Source: a virus (lineage: Duplodnaviria; Caudoviricetes). From it: a stretch of DNA of 64,000 bases. Under the pieces are notes generated by a model. That model did no database searches. It was not told the origin of the DNA and was given only the letters and a program-made list of their open reading frames with translations. The position numbers and the translations under genes were made by a program. Of the stretch, positions 38,979 through 48,137 are shown piece by piece (position 1 is the first letter of the stretch; the number at the start of each line of letters is the position of its first letter). The stretch spans positions 132,896 to 196,895 of IMG/VR virus record IMGVR_UViG_3300037067_013660; one strand, written 5' to 3'.

Positions 38979-39245
38979 TTAGGGTTTAACAAAGCCTTGA
39001 ACAACGAGGTCGGGAAAATAATCCAGTACGATGTCCAGGGCTTCGTCGTAAGACGTCGTGATGAAATCTTCCTCGTAGCGTTCCACCCTATGCTCAGCAC
39101 CACGAAATACGTTGTGGAGTTGTCATAGCGTGGTTTTGTAGATCATGTCGATTTCCCAATCGGGATTATCGTATGGATCCGCGTACGGGTGATCGGGCAG
39201 CGGAATCGTCACGAGGAAGAATTTGTCGTTAGAACCAATGACCAT
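38979..39245 (-). pseudogene. Paralogue of 39762-40028 with an in-frame TGA at 39123-39125
   Basis: Same length (267 nt); identical C-terminus DEALDIVLDYFPDLVVQGFVKP. Confidence 0.85.
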
Positions 39246-39271
39246 GATGGTTCTCCTTATTACTAACCGTG

Positions 39272-39733
39272 TTAGCGACTTAAATTATTTACAAGTCCCT
39301 CGGCTTCGTCGTTCGCTTCATTCTCAGTTAAATACCAACCTTCTAAATTTTCGTCTGAGGAACCACCAACCAGCTCTGTTATCGAAATGACGGCCCATAG
39401 TTTAGTTACTGGTTCTTCTACGATCCACACTGACCACATATTACCTTCTGCACTTTCACTTTCAGCTACTTGGTAAGAGGTATTCAGGTTCAACAAAATG
39501 TTAACGTTAAGGTCGTCGATATAATCTGCTACGATGCCAGAGTGAGGTTCATACGTGCGTTTCAGATCGCATTTGGTACAGACTGAAGTATGATAAACGC
39601 CTCCACCGTGTCCCCAAACTCCGGGGTTCTCTTTTATACCACCAATCAGTTCATAATCATTGCTCCAGCGATGTGTTTCGCCATCAACGCATTTTGGCTC
39701 GTCTGGGTTCAGTACGGCGGCTTTACGTATCAT
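39272..39733 (-). CDS. Putative head cargo protein (AT-rich module)
   Basis: MIRKA leader and upstream sequence shared with 38203-38952; KENPGVWGHGGG. Confidence 0.65.
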   Translation of the reverse strand: MIRKAAVLNPDEPKCVDGETHRWSNDYELIGGIKENPGVWGHGGGVYHTSVCTKCDLKRTYEPHSGIVADYIDDLNVNILLNLNTSYQVAESESAEGNMWSVWIVEEPVTKLWAVISITELVGGSSDENLEGWYLTENEANDEAEGLVNNLSR

Positions 39734-39761
39734 TTTACTGCGCTCTCTCTCTTGCGAGACG

Positions 39762-40028
39762 TTAGGGTTTAACAAAGCCTTGAACAACGAGGTCGGGAAA
39801 ATAATCCAGTACGATGTCCAGGGCTTCGTCGTAGGACGTCGTAATGAATTCCTCTTCGTAGCGGTCGTACGCTACCAAGGTACCACGATGAATCCGGCGT
39901 AACTGCGGCATCGTTACCTCGGCGATCATGTCGATTTCCCAGTCGGGATTATCGTACGGATCCGCGTAGGGGTGGCCTGGGAATGGAATCGTTACGAGGA
40001 AGAATTTGTCGTTGGGTCCTATTACCAT
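39762..40028 (-). CDS. Small acidic hypothetical protein
   Basis: GAGGT RBS; duplicated. Confidence 0.7.
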   Translation of the reverse strand: MVIGPNDKFFLVTIPFPGHPYADPYDNPDWEIDMIAEVTMPQLRRIHRGTLVAYDRYEEEFITTSYDEALDIVLDYFPDLVVQGFVKP

Positions 40029-40168
40029 CGTTTACCTCTGCGGACGTTGTCTAATCGTTATGTAGCCAAATTGGTTGTTATGTCGATAGGCTTCGATCTC
40101 ACGGTGTACTCGACGACAAAATTCCGCCGTCACGTAGCTCACGATGGCGTCTTCATCTGCACCACGAG

Positions 40169-40858
40169 TTAACCAAAAGATGGTAAAAAGACGTATGAAT
40201 CTTTGTTGACGATCACATCGGGTATTACGTACTTTGCGTTAGCCGTGATGCCTTCTTGCCATACGTAGATTCTTACCCACCTGGCTTCGTCTGCTTCGCC
40301 CCAATAACACTCGTCTACGCATTTTTGCGCTGCTTCTTTTCCGGAGTTTGCCTGCTCGTAAAAAATTACTTCTTCACCACCATCAGCGTACCAACCAGGC
40401 AATACGACGACAGTTCCATTGTTTGCTGTTTTGAGGTCTAGGTCTTTAGCTATCTGTACCGCAGGTTCTCCGGCTTCCAAGCGTTCCGCTATAACAACAT
40501 CAAGTTGTTGGCTTGGATAATTAGCTGTTCGCATGTCCTCGTCTCCTTCGGGTATCAAGACGTCGGCGTCCTCGGGCACTTCATCCTGCATGGGCGGCCA
40601 GAGGCGGTCGTACTCTTGGTGCAGTAGTTCGGTAGCATCTTCCTCACCAGGAACCTTCAGACTACAGATGCACGTGTGGACTGTTGAGCCGTCCTCCAGC
40701 TTGACCTCGATGGCCGGTGGCTCTAACTGCCACTCGCCGTTGTATTCGGCGGCGTTCAACGTGATGTTGGTGATGACGCCGACGCCGTCGTCGGTCTCGA
40801 CCTCGTCACCTATTCCCAACAGGCGTTCCGTGGTGTCGGCGTTTTCGACTATCGGCAT
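40169..40858 (-). CDS. Modular acidic protein
   Basis: Internal MRTA and LKTA linkers; last module resembles 59801-60145. Confidence 0.6.
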   Translation of the reverse strand: MPIVENADTTERLLGIGDEVETDDGVGVITNITLNAAEYNGEWQLEPPAIEVKLEDGSTVHTCICSLKVPGEEDATELLHQEYDRLWPPMQDEVPEDADVLIPEGDEDMRTANYPSQQLDVVIAERLEAGEPAVQIAKDLDLKTANNGTVVVLPGWYADGGEEVIFYEQANSGKEAAQKCVDECYWGEADEARWVRIYVWQEGITANAKYVIPDVIVNKDSYVFLPSFG

Positions 40859-40860
40859 CG

Positions 40861-41403
40861 TTATTCTCGGGAGGCCCGCGCCACGATGGCGTCGTAATCA
40901 GCGAGCAGTTGGGGGTCGTTCGTTAGGTTCGCTAAGTGCTGTCGGATCGCGGGATCGAATCCGTGGACCTTCAGTAATTCGGCGACGTCGGCGTGGTCTT
41001 TCAAACGGCCTGCCAGTAACTTCAAATAGACCAACCCTTCGAGCGTCGGCAAATTAGGAGCCGCTGGATCCCGCACGACCGAAGGATCTGGATTTCGATC
41101 TTTGCCCTCGGTCAGCACGTCGACCTGTACGTTGGGGTTGAAACGTTTCAACATCTCGAATTTGATCACGCCGTCCGCAACCAAACGGTCGTAGTCGGCC
41201 CGAGGGATCAGGATGTCGATGTCTTCGGTCAGCCGTACGTAGCCGTGGTGCTGAACCGCCAGGCCGCCGACCAACACGGGATCGACGTGGTGCCGCGCCA
41301 TGAACTTGACCAGGGCCTCAAAGTCGCGCCACAACTTCGCCACGGCCTTGCGAAACGAGACGCGGCCAATACGGTGAGCCCAATGGCGATTCCAGAAGTC
41401 CAT
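40861..41403 (-). CDS. Nucleotidyltransferase (Pol-beta superfamily, DUF6036-like)
   Basis: VLVGGLAVQHHGYVRLTEDIDILI...LKLLAGRLKDHAD. Confidence 0.8.
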   Translation of the reverse strand: MDFWNRHWAHRIGRVSFRKAVAKLWRDFEALVKFMARHHVDPVLVGGLAVQHHGYVRLTEDIDILIPRADYDRLVADGVIKFEMLKRFNPNVQVDVLTEGKDRNPDPSVVRDPAAPNLPTLEGLVYLKLLAGRLKDHADVAELLKVHGFDPAIRQHLANLTNDPQLLADYDAIVARASRE

Positions 41404-41434
41404 GGCTTTATGTTATGCCAAGACGATCCAAATG

Positions 41435-44317
41435 TCAATATGGTCCATGTTGAGCTGGTAGGGGCGCCGCGTCGTCTTCCATCATGCCTTCTAGTTCGTC
41501 CTGGTCGATGAAATAAGCGAGACCGTAGGACCCATCGCCCTCGTGGTTTCCGAGATACAGAACACCAGGCAGATTTTGCTGCTGCATTACTTCGCGGATC
41601 TTGCCGTCCACCTCGTCCTGCACACTCATGATATGATCAAAATCCCAACCACCTTCCACGGCTTCAATCCACTCAGGATCCTCACGATCAATGTTAAGAG
41701 CGTCAGCATAATCCTCGGGGCGTCCCGACGCCGACATAATGGTTTCGGCCCAGTATTCGTAGCCGTTGTCGTGGTTAAAGTAATTGTCGGGATCCGCTAG
41801 GATCTCGTTCAGGCATTCTTTTACGATGCCGGGAATAACGTCGAGGTTGAAGCCACGGAAGGTTTCGGCTTTACGTCGCATTGTCTTGGCCTTTCTGGTC
41901 TTGGCGTAAGCGGGCCAGCGGTCGTCACCGCTGCCGTAGTCACCATCGTACGCGGGGGTTTCGTCGATGGCGTCGTGCTGTTCCATGTGCCCATCGGGGT
42001 ACACGACGTATTCGCCGTCGTCGTCCACCAGCAGGACAGGAGTGCCTCGTCGTGCTGCTTCTTGTTCTGCCGTCTGGATGGCTTCGTCGCTCATGACGGA
42101 ACCCTGCAGACCATCGGCGATGACGTCGCCGGTTTCGTAACAGTAGAGAGCGGCGGCTTGACGCCGTATAATGCCAGCACCTCTAGTAATGCGTTGTTCG
42201 ATAGCTTCAGCATCGTCAATCATTTGTTGATCCAAAATATTATAACTCAATGGAACGGCGCGATTTGGTAACGTAGCGATAGAGAAACCAGAAGGAGCAT
42301 TATCAGAATTCTGGATGACCCAGACGGTACCGTCGGACGCTACGTAAAATGTTTCAATCTCTGTACCGTAAAAACTGGTTTCGGCTTGACGCCGCATCTT
42401 GGCTTTACGCACTTTGGCGGTCGTCAGCATCTCGCAGTACGACATCAAGGATTTGACCAACGTATCGTCCACCACGCCATTGCTATCGACGCCTTGGACG
42501 AACCAGTTGTCTTTCTTCTTCTCGAACGTCGTGACGTCCTGGTCCGTGAACTTCGCACCAATGATTTGCTCCACGCACTTGGTGGGAAGCTGGACTTTGT
42601 TGTCGGACGTCCGTTTGCGCTGGCCGCAGCCGCAACCCTTTTGAGCCGCTGCCTTCTGTGTTGCCGCGATGCGGCCCCACGAGGAAACGCGCTCGCCCCA
42701 CACGGCCTCTTCCTGCTGGGCCTTGTCGTCGGCTGGGAAGTTGAACAGCTTCTTGAAAAACTGCTTGACCTTGGAATCGACCTTCGGCTTTTGCTTCTTT
42801 TGCTTCGCGGGCTTCTGTCCCGTGGGCTTCTGCTTGGCCGGCGATTTGTACTGCTGCTGCGTCATCTGCATGGCGGGGGCGCGGGCGTCTCGATCCTGTG
42901 CCTCGACGTACTCGGCACCCTTGTACTTGATCTTCATGTCGGTATCCTTTTGAGGCTGCGTTGTCGCGACCTTGAGTTTCTTGGCCAGGGAACCACAGAA
43001 GGCACCGGGGTCGTCTACTTTGCCTTCCATCTTTTTCATGCACGCTTTGATCTTGTGTTTGCGGTCGCCCGTCAGACCGTCCCAGAACTTTTCTACGGAC
43101 TTCTTGGTCCAGCCGTCGGGCAGATCGGACCACGCGGCGGAAGACCGCACGTCGGCCGTACGCGCGTCATGTCTGTTCTTGTACTGCTTACCTTTACGCC
43201 TGGAAGTCATGAACTTAACTTCCCCGTGGATAGTATCGGGATCATCGGCGTAACCATACGTCCTGATTTTGATGGGATAGCCGTGATCCGTAACCAAGGT
43301 TCTGTACGAAGCCGTGCCGCCAGATTCAAGTTCACGCCCACCGCCATGCTGGTGATCTACCCTAGTGGTCGGTACGTGCAGTAGCACGAGATCCGTGAGT
43401 TGGTCGGCCAACCCGTCGGCCGTATAATCACCAACGACATTTATGTTTACACGAAACGCGCCACCAGACGATCCAACTGGCCCACTTACCGAAAACCTGT
43501 CGCCGGCTTTTCTGGAAAATTCGGGGCGAATCGCTTTGGAAAACGCCATCGACATTTCAGACGGCGAAACAAATGAATCGTTTGCCTTACGAGTCTTGGT
43601 ACTGGCGGCTTTTTGTTCGGCCTGCGGTTCGTCGTCCGTGGCTTTCTGTGGGGCGTCGGGCATCTCTTTCTTCAGGAACGCGACGATGCCGTCAAACGCC
43701 TTTTTGATCATGGGGGCCGCTTGCTTTTTCAAACCCTGGAGCGTCTGGTCGACGTCCGCCTCTTTGCCGATGACCGACATCAAGGCTTCGACGTGCCCCT
43801 TAGCCTTTTGTAGCGAATCACTCTTGACTCCTAGGGCAGTGCGGAGCCCGTCGTCCGTCACGAAATACGCGAGGCCCGCGAGCGCCTGCATGAACGTCGG
43901 GTCCTTCGAGAACTCGGTGGTGTCAACCTTGTGCATCGACATCAGGGCCTTGTCCATCAGTTGGATGACGGCATTCCACACCGTCTTGAACAAGTACTGC
44001 GAGGTCTTGGGGCTAACGTCTTCGTCGCCGCCGATCGCCTTCACGACGTCCGTGGCCCACACGGGATCGTATAGTTTCTGAATCGCGGCTTCCGGCACTT
44101 CGGCAAGACGGACGTAGTGGCGCATTGTACTTCCTTGGTGCTTGTGGTATTGCACCGATTTTTCGTGCTGCTGGGCCAATTCTTTCGTCGGCCCCGAGAA
44201 CAAGAGTTTCGATTCGTCGTGGTCCCAGAGACACCACGTTTGCTTGACCTTGGGGTATTTCCTGCCCGAAGCCTTGTCCTGCGGACGGCACTTCTTGATG
44301 ACGGCGTAGTGTTTCAT
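41435..44317 (-). CDS. 960-aa modular (polyprotein-like) putative internal head protein
   Basis: Roughly eight dissimilar modules separated by basic linkers ending R/K-x-A. Confidence 0.7.
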   Translation of the reverse strand: MKHYAVIKKCRPQDKASGRKYPKVKQTWCLWDHDESKLLFSGPTKELAQQHEKSVQYHKHQGSTMRHYVRLAEVPEAAIQKLYDPVWATDVVKAIGGDEDVSPKTSQYLFKTVWNAVIQLMDKALMSMHKVDTTEFSKDPTFMQALAGLAYFVTDDGLRTALGVKSDSLQKAKGHVEALMSVIGKEADVDQTLQGLKKQAAPMIKKAFDGIVAFLKKEMPDAPQKATDDEPQAEQKAASTKTRKANDSFVSPSEMSMAFSKAIRPEFSRKAGDRFSVSGPVGSSGGAFRVNINVVGDYTADGLADQLTDLVLLHVPTTRVDHQHGGGRELESGGTASYRTLVTDHGYPIKIRTYGYADDPDTIHGEVKFMTSRRKGKQYKNRHDARTADVRSSAAWSDLPDGWTKKSVEKFWDGLTGDRKHKIKACMKKMEGKVDDPGAFCGSLAKKLKVATTQPQKDTDMKIKYKGAEYVEAQDRDARAPAMQMTQQQYKSPAKQKPTGQKPAKQKKQKPKVDSKVKQFFKKLFNFPADDKAQQEEAVWGERVSSWGRIAATQKAAAQKGCGCGQRKRTSDNKVQLPTKCVEQIIGAKFTDQDVTTFEKKKDNWFVQGVDSNGVVDDTLVKSLMSYCEMLTTAKVRKAKMRRQAETSFYGTEIETFYVASDGTVWVIQNSDNAPSGFSIATLPNRAVPLSYNILDQQMIDDAEAIEQRITRGAGIIRRQAAALYCYETGDVIADGLQGSVMSDEAIQTAEQEAARRGTPVLLVDDDGEYVVYPDGHMEQHDAIDETPAYDGDYGSGDDRWPAYAKTRKAKTMRRKAETFRGFNLDVIPGIVKECLNEILADPDNYFNHDNGYEYWAETIMSASGRPEDYADALNIDREDPEWIEAVEGGWDFDHIMSVQDEVDGKIREVMQQQNLPGVLYLGNHEGDGSYGLAYFIDQDELEGMMEDDAAPLPAQHGPY

Positions 44318-44646
44318 CTGTGTGGAATATCTTTTCTTATTCTAACCGCCCACTCTTCTTCGCTCTCTTGGTATTCTTCTGCATATTTGCGCGCAACGAT
44401 TTCTGCCATGAAGTTACCAGCCGCGAGAATCAACAGTTCTGTTAGCGTACCACTACCCCGTGGCCAAATAAACTCGACTTCAGTATACAAAGACTCTCCA
44501 GGTAAATACCCTCCCTCCAAATATCCTGCAATAACGTCTTTTGCAGAGTACCCAGCATATTCAAAAGATCGTGAAAATTCATTTTTGATGAACTCGCGTA
44601 AATGCTCTGGACGTACATCATCCCAATTAAGTGCAGCGTCAAGCAA
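44314..44646 (-). CDS. Acidic hypothetical protein (start uncertain)
   Basis: AT-rich; ATGA-coupled to 41435-44317. Confidence 0.45.
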   Translation of the reverse strand: MLDAALNWDDVRPEHLREFIKNEFSRSFEYAGYSAKDVIAGYLEGGYLPGESLYTEVEFIWPRGSGTLTELLILAAGNFMAEIVARKYAEEYQESEEEWAVRIRKDIPHR

Positions 44647-44699
44647 AGAAGTCGCGATGGTTTTTAATACTGGGTTGGCTCATCAAAAATCCCCCAATT

Positions 44700-44939
44700 C
44701 TAGTACTTGTTGTCGATCATGTGCATGGCGTCGGAAATCTCGCGGTACAGCTCCTGTACGAACCGATCAATGCCGTCGAGCTTCTGGAGTTTATCGGTGC
44801 GCTTGATCCTCGTCTTGATGGCTTTGATGGCGCCGAGCAAACCAGAGCGGCACGCCGCGTCGTTGGCGCGTTCAACGGCACGAGCGTAGCCATCGGTGCT
44901 GAGGGCCTCGCGGTACATATGTCCTGCGTACTTGATCAT
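44700..44939 (-). CDS. Small putative head protein
   Basis: Leader MIKYAGHMYREA. Confidence 0.65.
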   Translation of the reverse strand: MIKYAGHMYREALSTDGYARAVERANDAACRSGLLGAIKAIKTRIKRTDKLQKLDGIDRFVQELYREISDAMHMIDNKY

Positions 44940-44953
44940 GATGGAGTCCTTTC

Positions 44954-46069
44954 TTAGCCAACCAAAATCATGCCTTGGGCTTCTGGATCAAAACCCACGG
45001 GGAATCGAGTGGCACGATTATACTGAGCCTTCTGTAGCTTCGCACCTCGTAGGTCTGCGGTCTGCAGGTTAGTGTGTAGTAAATTCGTCTTTTTCATATT
45101 CGCGGCCTTCAGGTTTACATTCGTCAATACGGCCATTCGTAAGTTCACATCTCGTAAATCAGCTCCCTGTAGGTCCACGTTTTCTAAACTCGCACCTCCT
45201 AGATTAGCGCCCCGCAAATTAATATTGTACAGGGCTAGGTTTTCCATCCGCGCTCCCAGTAAATTTGCCCCACATAAGTCAGTACCCTGTAGCTTTGTAT
45301 TGAATAAAAATGCTTCTTGTAGATTTGCCTTGGACAAATCGGCGCCCTGCAGATTTGTTTCATACAAATTCGCTGATCTCAAATCTGCTTCTTGCAGACC
45401 TACGCCCTGTAGGTCTGCTGCTTGTAGGTCTATGCTCTGTAGTCTTGCGCCGCGTAGATCTACTTTTTCACTGTGCTGTTGGTACCAAGCGTTCCATTCA
45501 GCGACGCTCCGTCGCAGTAAAATAATTTGATCGAAGCGCGTGAACTGTTCGGCATCATAACTGTCGGCTAGTCGGTAAACCCTACCTTGGTAACGAATGG
45601 TCCTCATGGCGTTGCCTTTTACGGCCGCCGCCTTGGCGGGCGTCTCGACTTTGGTCCCGACGTCATCCTGCGTCGTATCTTTTGGTTTCGTCACGACGGT
45701 CTTGTCGCCTGGGTTAGTCTGACGTCGCTGTTTTGTTTCTTGCTTACCCCACCATTGAACCGCAGCCGTGTAGATGGCTTTCTGGAGAATGCCCTCCAGT
45801 GCGTACAGTAGGTTGACTGAGCCCTTGGGAATGTCCCAAGTACCAAGGTGTTGGTTTTCCCACAGCAACGCGATGAGGTCGTCGGGCGCCAATCGAGAAA
45901 CGTCTGGTTTTATCTTTTTGAAGGCGTCGTCGGCCGACGTACCTGCGTCTATGGTTGCTTGGATCTTTTCGACGTACTGGTTGACGTAGCGTCGGAGTTT
46001 ATCGCTGACGGTCGTGTCGACCTTCTTGCCTGGCTCGACCAACCGCATATAGGCTTTTGTTCGTCGCAT
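44954..46069 (-). CDS. Modular protein with C-terminal pentapeptide repeats
   Basis: MRRTKA leader; internal MRTIRYQGRVYRLA; A(D/N)Lxx repeats. Confidence 0.85.
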   Translation of the reverse strand: MRRTKAYMRLVEPGKKVDTTVSDKLRRYVNQYVEKIQATIDAGTSADDAFKKIKPDVSRLAPDDLIALLWENQHLGTWDIPKGSVNLLYALEGILQKAIYTAAVQWWGKQETKQRRQTNPGDKTVVTKPKDTTQDDVGTKVETPAKAAAVKGNAMRTIRYQGRVYRLADSYDAEQFTRFDQIILLRRSVAEWNAWYQQHSEKVDLRGARLQSIDLQAADLQGVGLQEADLRSANLYETNLQGADLSKANLQEAFLFNTKLQGTDLCGANLLGARMENLALYNINLRGANLGGASLENVDLQGADLRDVNLRMAVLTNVNLKAANMKKTNLLHTNLQTADLRGAKLQKAQYNRATRFPVGFDPEAQGMILVG

Positions 46070-46086
46070 TGTCGAATCACCTACGA

Positions 46087-46983
46087 TCAGATGCGGTACA
46101 AATACCGCCTAAGCACATGATTAAGTTCTCGTGTGTGTTCAATCAATACCTTGGTTTTATCCTCAAGCGTATATAGATTATCCAGTAACGCGTTTATGTC
46201 TTTTTTAGAAGACCAATCCAACAGACCGTTGTCGCCGACGTAGTGATGAGACAGGTCATCAAGCTGTCGACCCAGATTCTGTGCCATCCTGTATTCTGCG
46301 ATGTCGTCTAGATCTACGGTGGTGAAATCAATCTTCGCCGCAGGTCTAAACTTACTGGTGGCATTCCTGTGCGCCTCTGTGTTGGGGTGTACCCTGATCC
46401 AAGGAGCGTACACCAAGTCCCATGCGGGTCCCAGCGCCTTGATGATGCGGCGTTTCAGACTACGGAATTCCGACGCAAGTTCCGTTGTTGTGTGGATCTC
46501 GCGCACGGCAAAGCTGTTGATGATGGCGAGGACGGCGTCGCGTTCCGCGTCCGTCAGGTCGGCCTCCAGGTCGTTGTAGAACATCATGAACCACTCGAGC
46601 GAACCGTGGGCCGCCGCGCGGGCCGTGTCGTAGGTTTCTTCGTAGCCATAGTCGTCCGTCATGACAACGTTATCTCGGTAATGTGGCATCGCGATCGCAT
46701 TCCTTAACTCTGGGGTTCTCTCGCCGTCGAACTCTTGTTCCATGGCGTCCAACATGACGTAGTAGTCCGGGTCTTCCATCAGGTGGGCCCACGCGATCTG
46801 GGCAGTGGCGCCCAAGGCATCATCCGTGACGTTGACGCGCTCGTCCATCTTGGTGCCGTGCTCCAACTCCACGTCCATACCGGCGGCCAGGTCCTCGGGC
46901 GTGAACGCTACGTCGTCCCAACGGATCCCGATGGCCTCGCCGACGTCGGCCGCTTCCTCGGGCGTAAAGGCTGTGCGCCGCAT
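46087..46983 (-). CDS. Modular protein with N-terminal DUF5661-like domain
   Basis: MRRTA leader; GMDVELEHG...AQIAWAHLMEDPDYY. Confidence 0.7.
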   Translation of the reverse strand: MRRTAFTPEEAADVGEAIGIRWDDVAFTPEDLAAGMDVELEHGTKMDERVNVTDDALGATAQIAWAHLMEDPDYYVMLDAMEQEFDGERTPELRNAIAMPHYRDNVVMTDDYGYEETYDTARAAAHGSLEWFMMFYNDLEADLTDAERDAVLAIINSFAVREIHTTTELASEFRSLKRRIIKALGPAWDLVYAPWIRVHPNTEAHRNATSKFRPAAKIDFTTVDLDDIAEYRMAQNLGRQLDDLSHHYVGDNGLLDWSSKKDINALLDNLYTLEDKTKVLIEHTRELNHVLRRYLYRI

Positions 46984-46992
46984 CGTGGTCTC

Positions 46993-47748
46993 CTAGTCGT
47001 CCAACCGTTCCGTCAGTTCCATCACCGTGTCCATCATGGTGACGTCGAAACGTCCGCGTGCATCGATGCAACCTTCAAGACGCGGGACCCAATACGCGAG
47101 GGCACGTTCCTCGATCATGGACGAACCCGTTATCTTGGTGGCGGTCCGCAGGATACCGCGTGCGCGGCGTACCAATTCATTTATGTCGGCCGCGATCTCC
47201 TCTAACTCAATACCGAGTTCCTGCAGTTCGTCCTGGTCGTCAATCCTGTTGTTCGGCATCGCAACTCTCTCCTGGTCTCGTGTTAATTCCGCGTAGCCCC
47301 GGTCGGGCTGTTGTACCAATTCCCTGAGCCGTACCCAATCGTTTGGTTCCCGGCCCGCGACGAAATCGTGGAACAGGTAGCGGATCGTAAAATCGGTGGC
47401 GCGGAACGCTTGGTTGGTTCGGGGATCCCGTAGGATCACACGGGGCATCGGATCGTCGGTCAAGTGTTCTTCAACGAAGCGCCGGACCTTCGCCAAACTC
47501 GAAACTCCGAGCTTATTGTAGACGACGAACTCGGCGAACGTTTCGTCTACGTCGTCCTGTTCGTCGGGATCGTACACGTCAACGAACGCCGAAACCTTCA
47601 GGTCGGTTTCGGTCTGAATGGCCCGCAATAATGCCTGTAGCGCACGAAACTGTGCCTCGGGGTCCAGTGGTTCGTCCAATGCCTCCAAGCGAAACTGGAC
47701 GTGGAACTGGCCCTTTTGGTAGAAGTTATCGTCGCGGTAGTGGGGCAT
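46993..47748 (-). CDS. Two-module acidic protein
   Basis: Starts MPHYRD; internal RVAMPNNRID. Confidence 0.6.
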   Translation of the reverse strand: MPHYRDDNFYQKGQFHVQFRLEALDEPLDPEAQFRALQALLRAIQTETDLKVSAFVDVYDPDEQDDVDETFAEFVVYNKLGVSSLAKVRRFVEEHLTDDPMPRVILRDPRTNQAFRATDFTIRYLFHDFVAGREPNDWVRLRELVQQPDRGYAELTRDQERVAMPNNRIDDQDELQELGIELEEIAADINELVRRARGILRTATKITGSSMIEERALAYWVPRLEGCIDARGRFDVTMMDTVMELTERLDD

Positions 47749-48125
47749 TAGCGTCGCGGGAAGTAACTACGTTCGAACTCTTCAGCCTCGTCAACTTCGT
47801 TGGATCTTCTCTCCAACCTTTCCTCTTCGTCCATGCCCTGTAGGATAAGCTCGTGACCCAACTCAGACAATTCTGCGGCTTGAGAAAAGTGTTGAGCCGC
47901 GAACTTACAAGCATCAGCACAGGCCGCCAGGGCATCCATATCCATGGACAAATCAGTCAGTACGTCCCGATCGCGTAGGGCGTCGGAAACGTCAACAACG
48001 TTTAGTTGACTCTGTAATTCCAGCAAAGCATTCAACGCCATTTTCAGTGGCTGTTCTGCTCGAATGAATAAATCGGCACCCGGATCGTAAAGTTGAACGG
48101 AATCTGATTTTCTAAAGTTTCTCAT
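47748..48125 (-). CDS. Acidic helical protein
   Basis: MRNFRKS leader; GA tract upstream. Confidence 0.6.
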   Translation of the reverse strand: MRNFRKSDSVQLYDPGADLFIRAEQPLKMALNALLELQSQLNVVDVSDALRDRDVLTDLSMDMDALAACADACKFAAQHFSQAAELSELGHELILQGMDEEERLERRSNEVDEAEEFERSYFPRR

Positions 48126-48137
48126 GATGCTCTCTCT

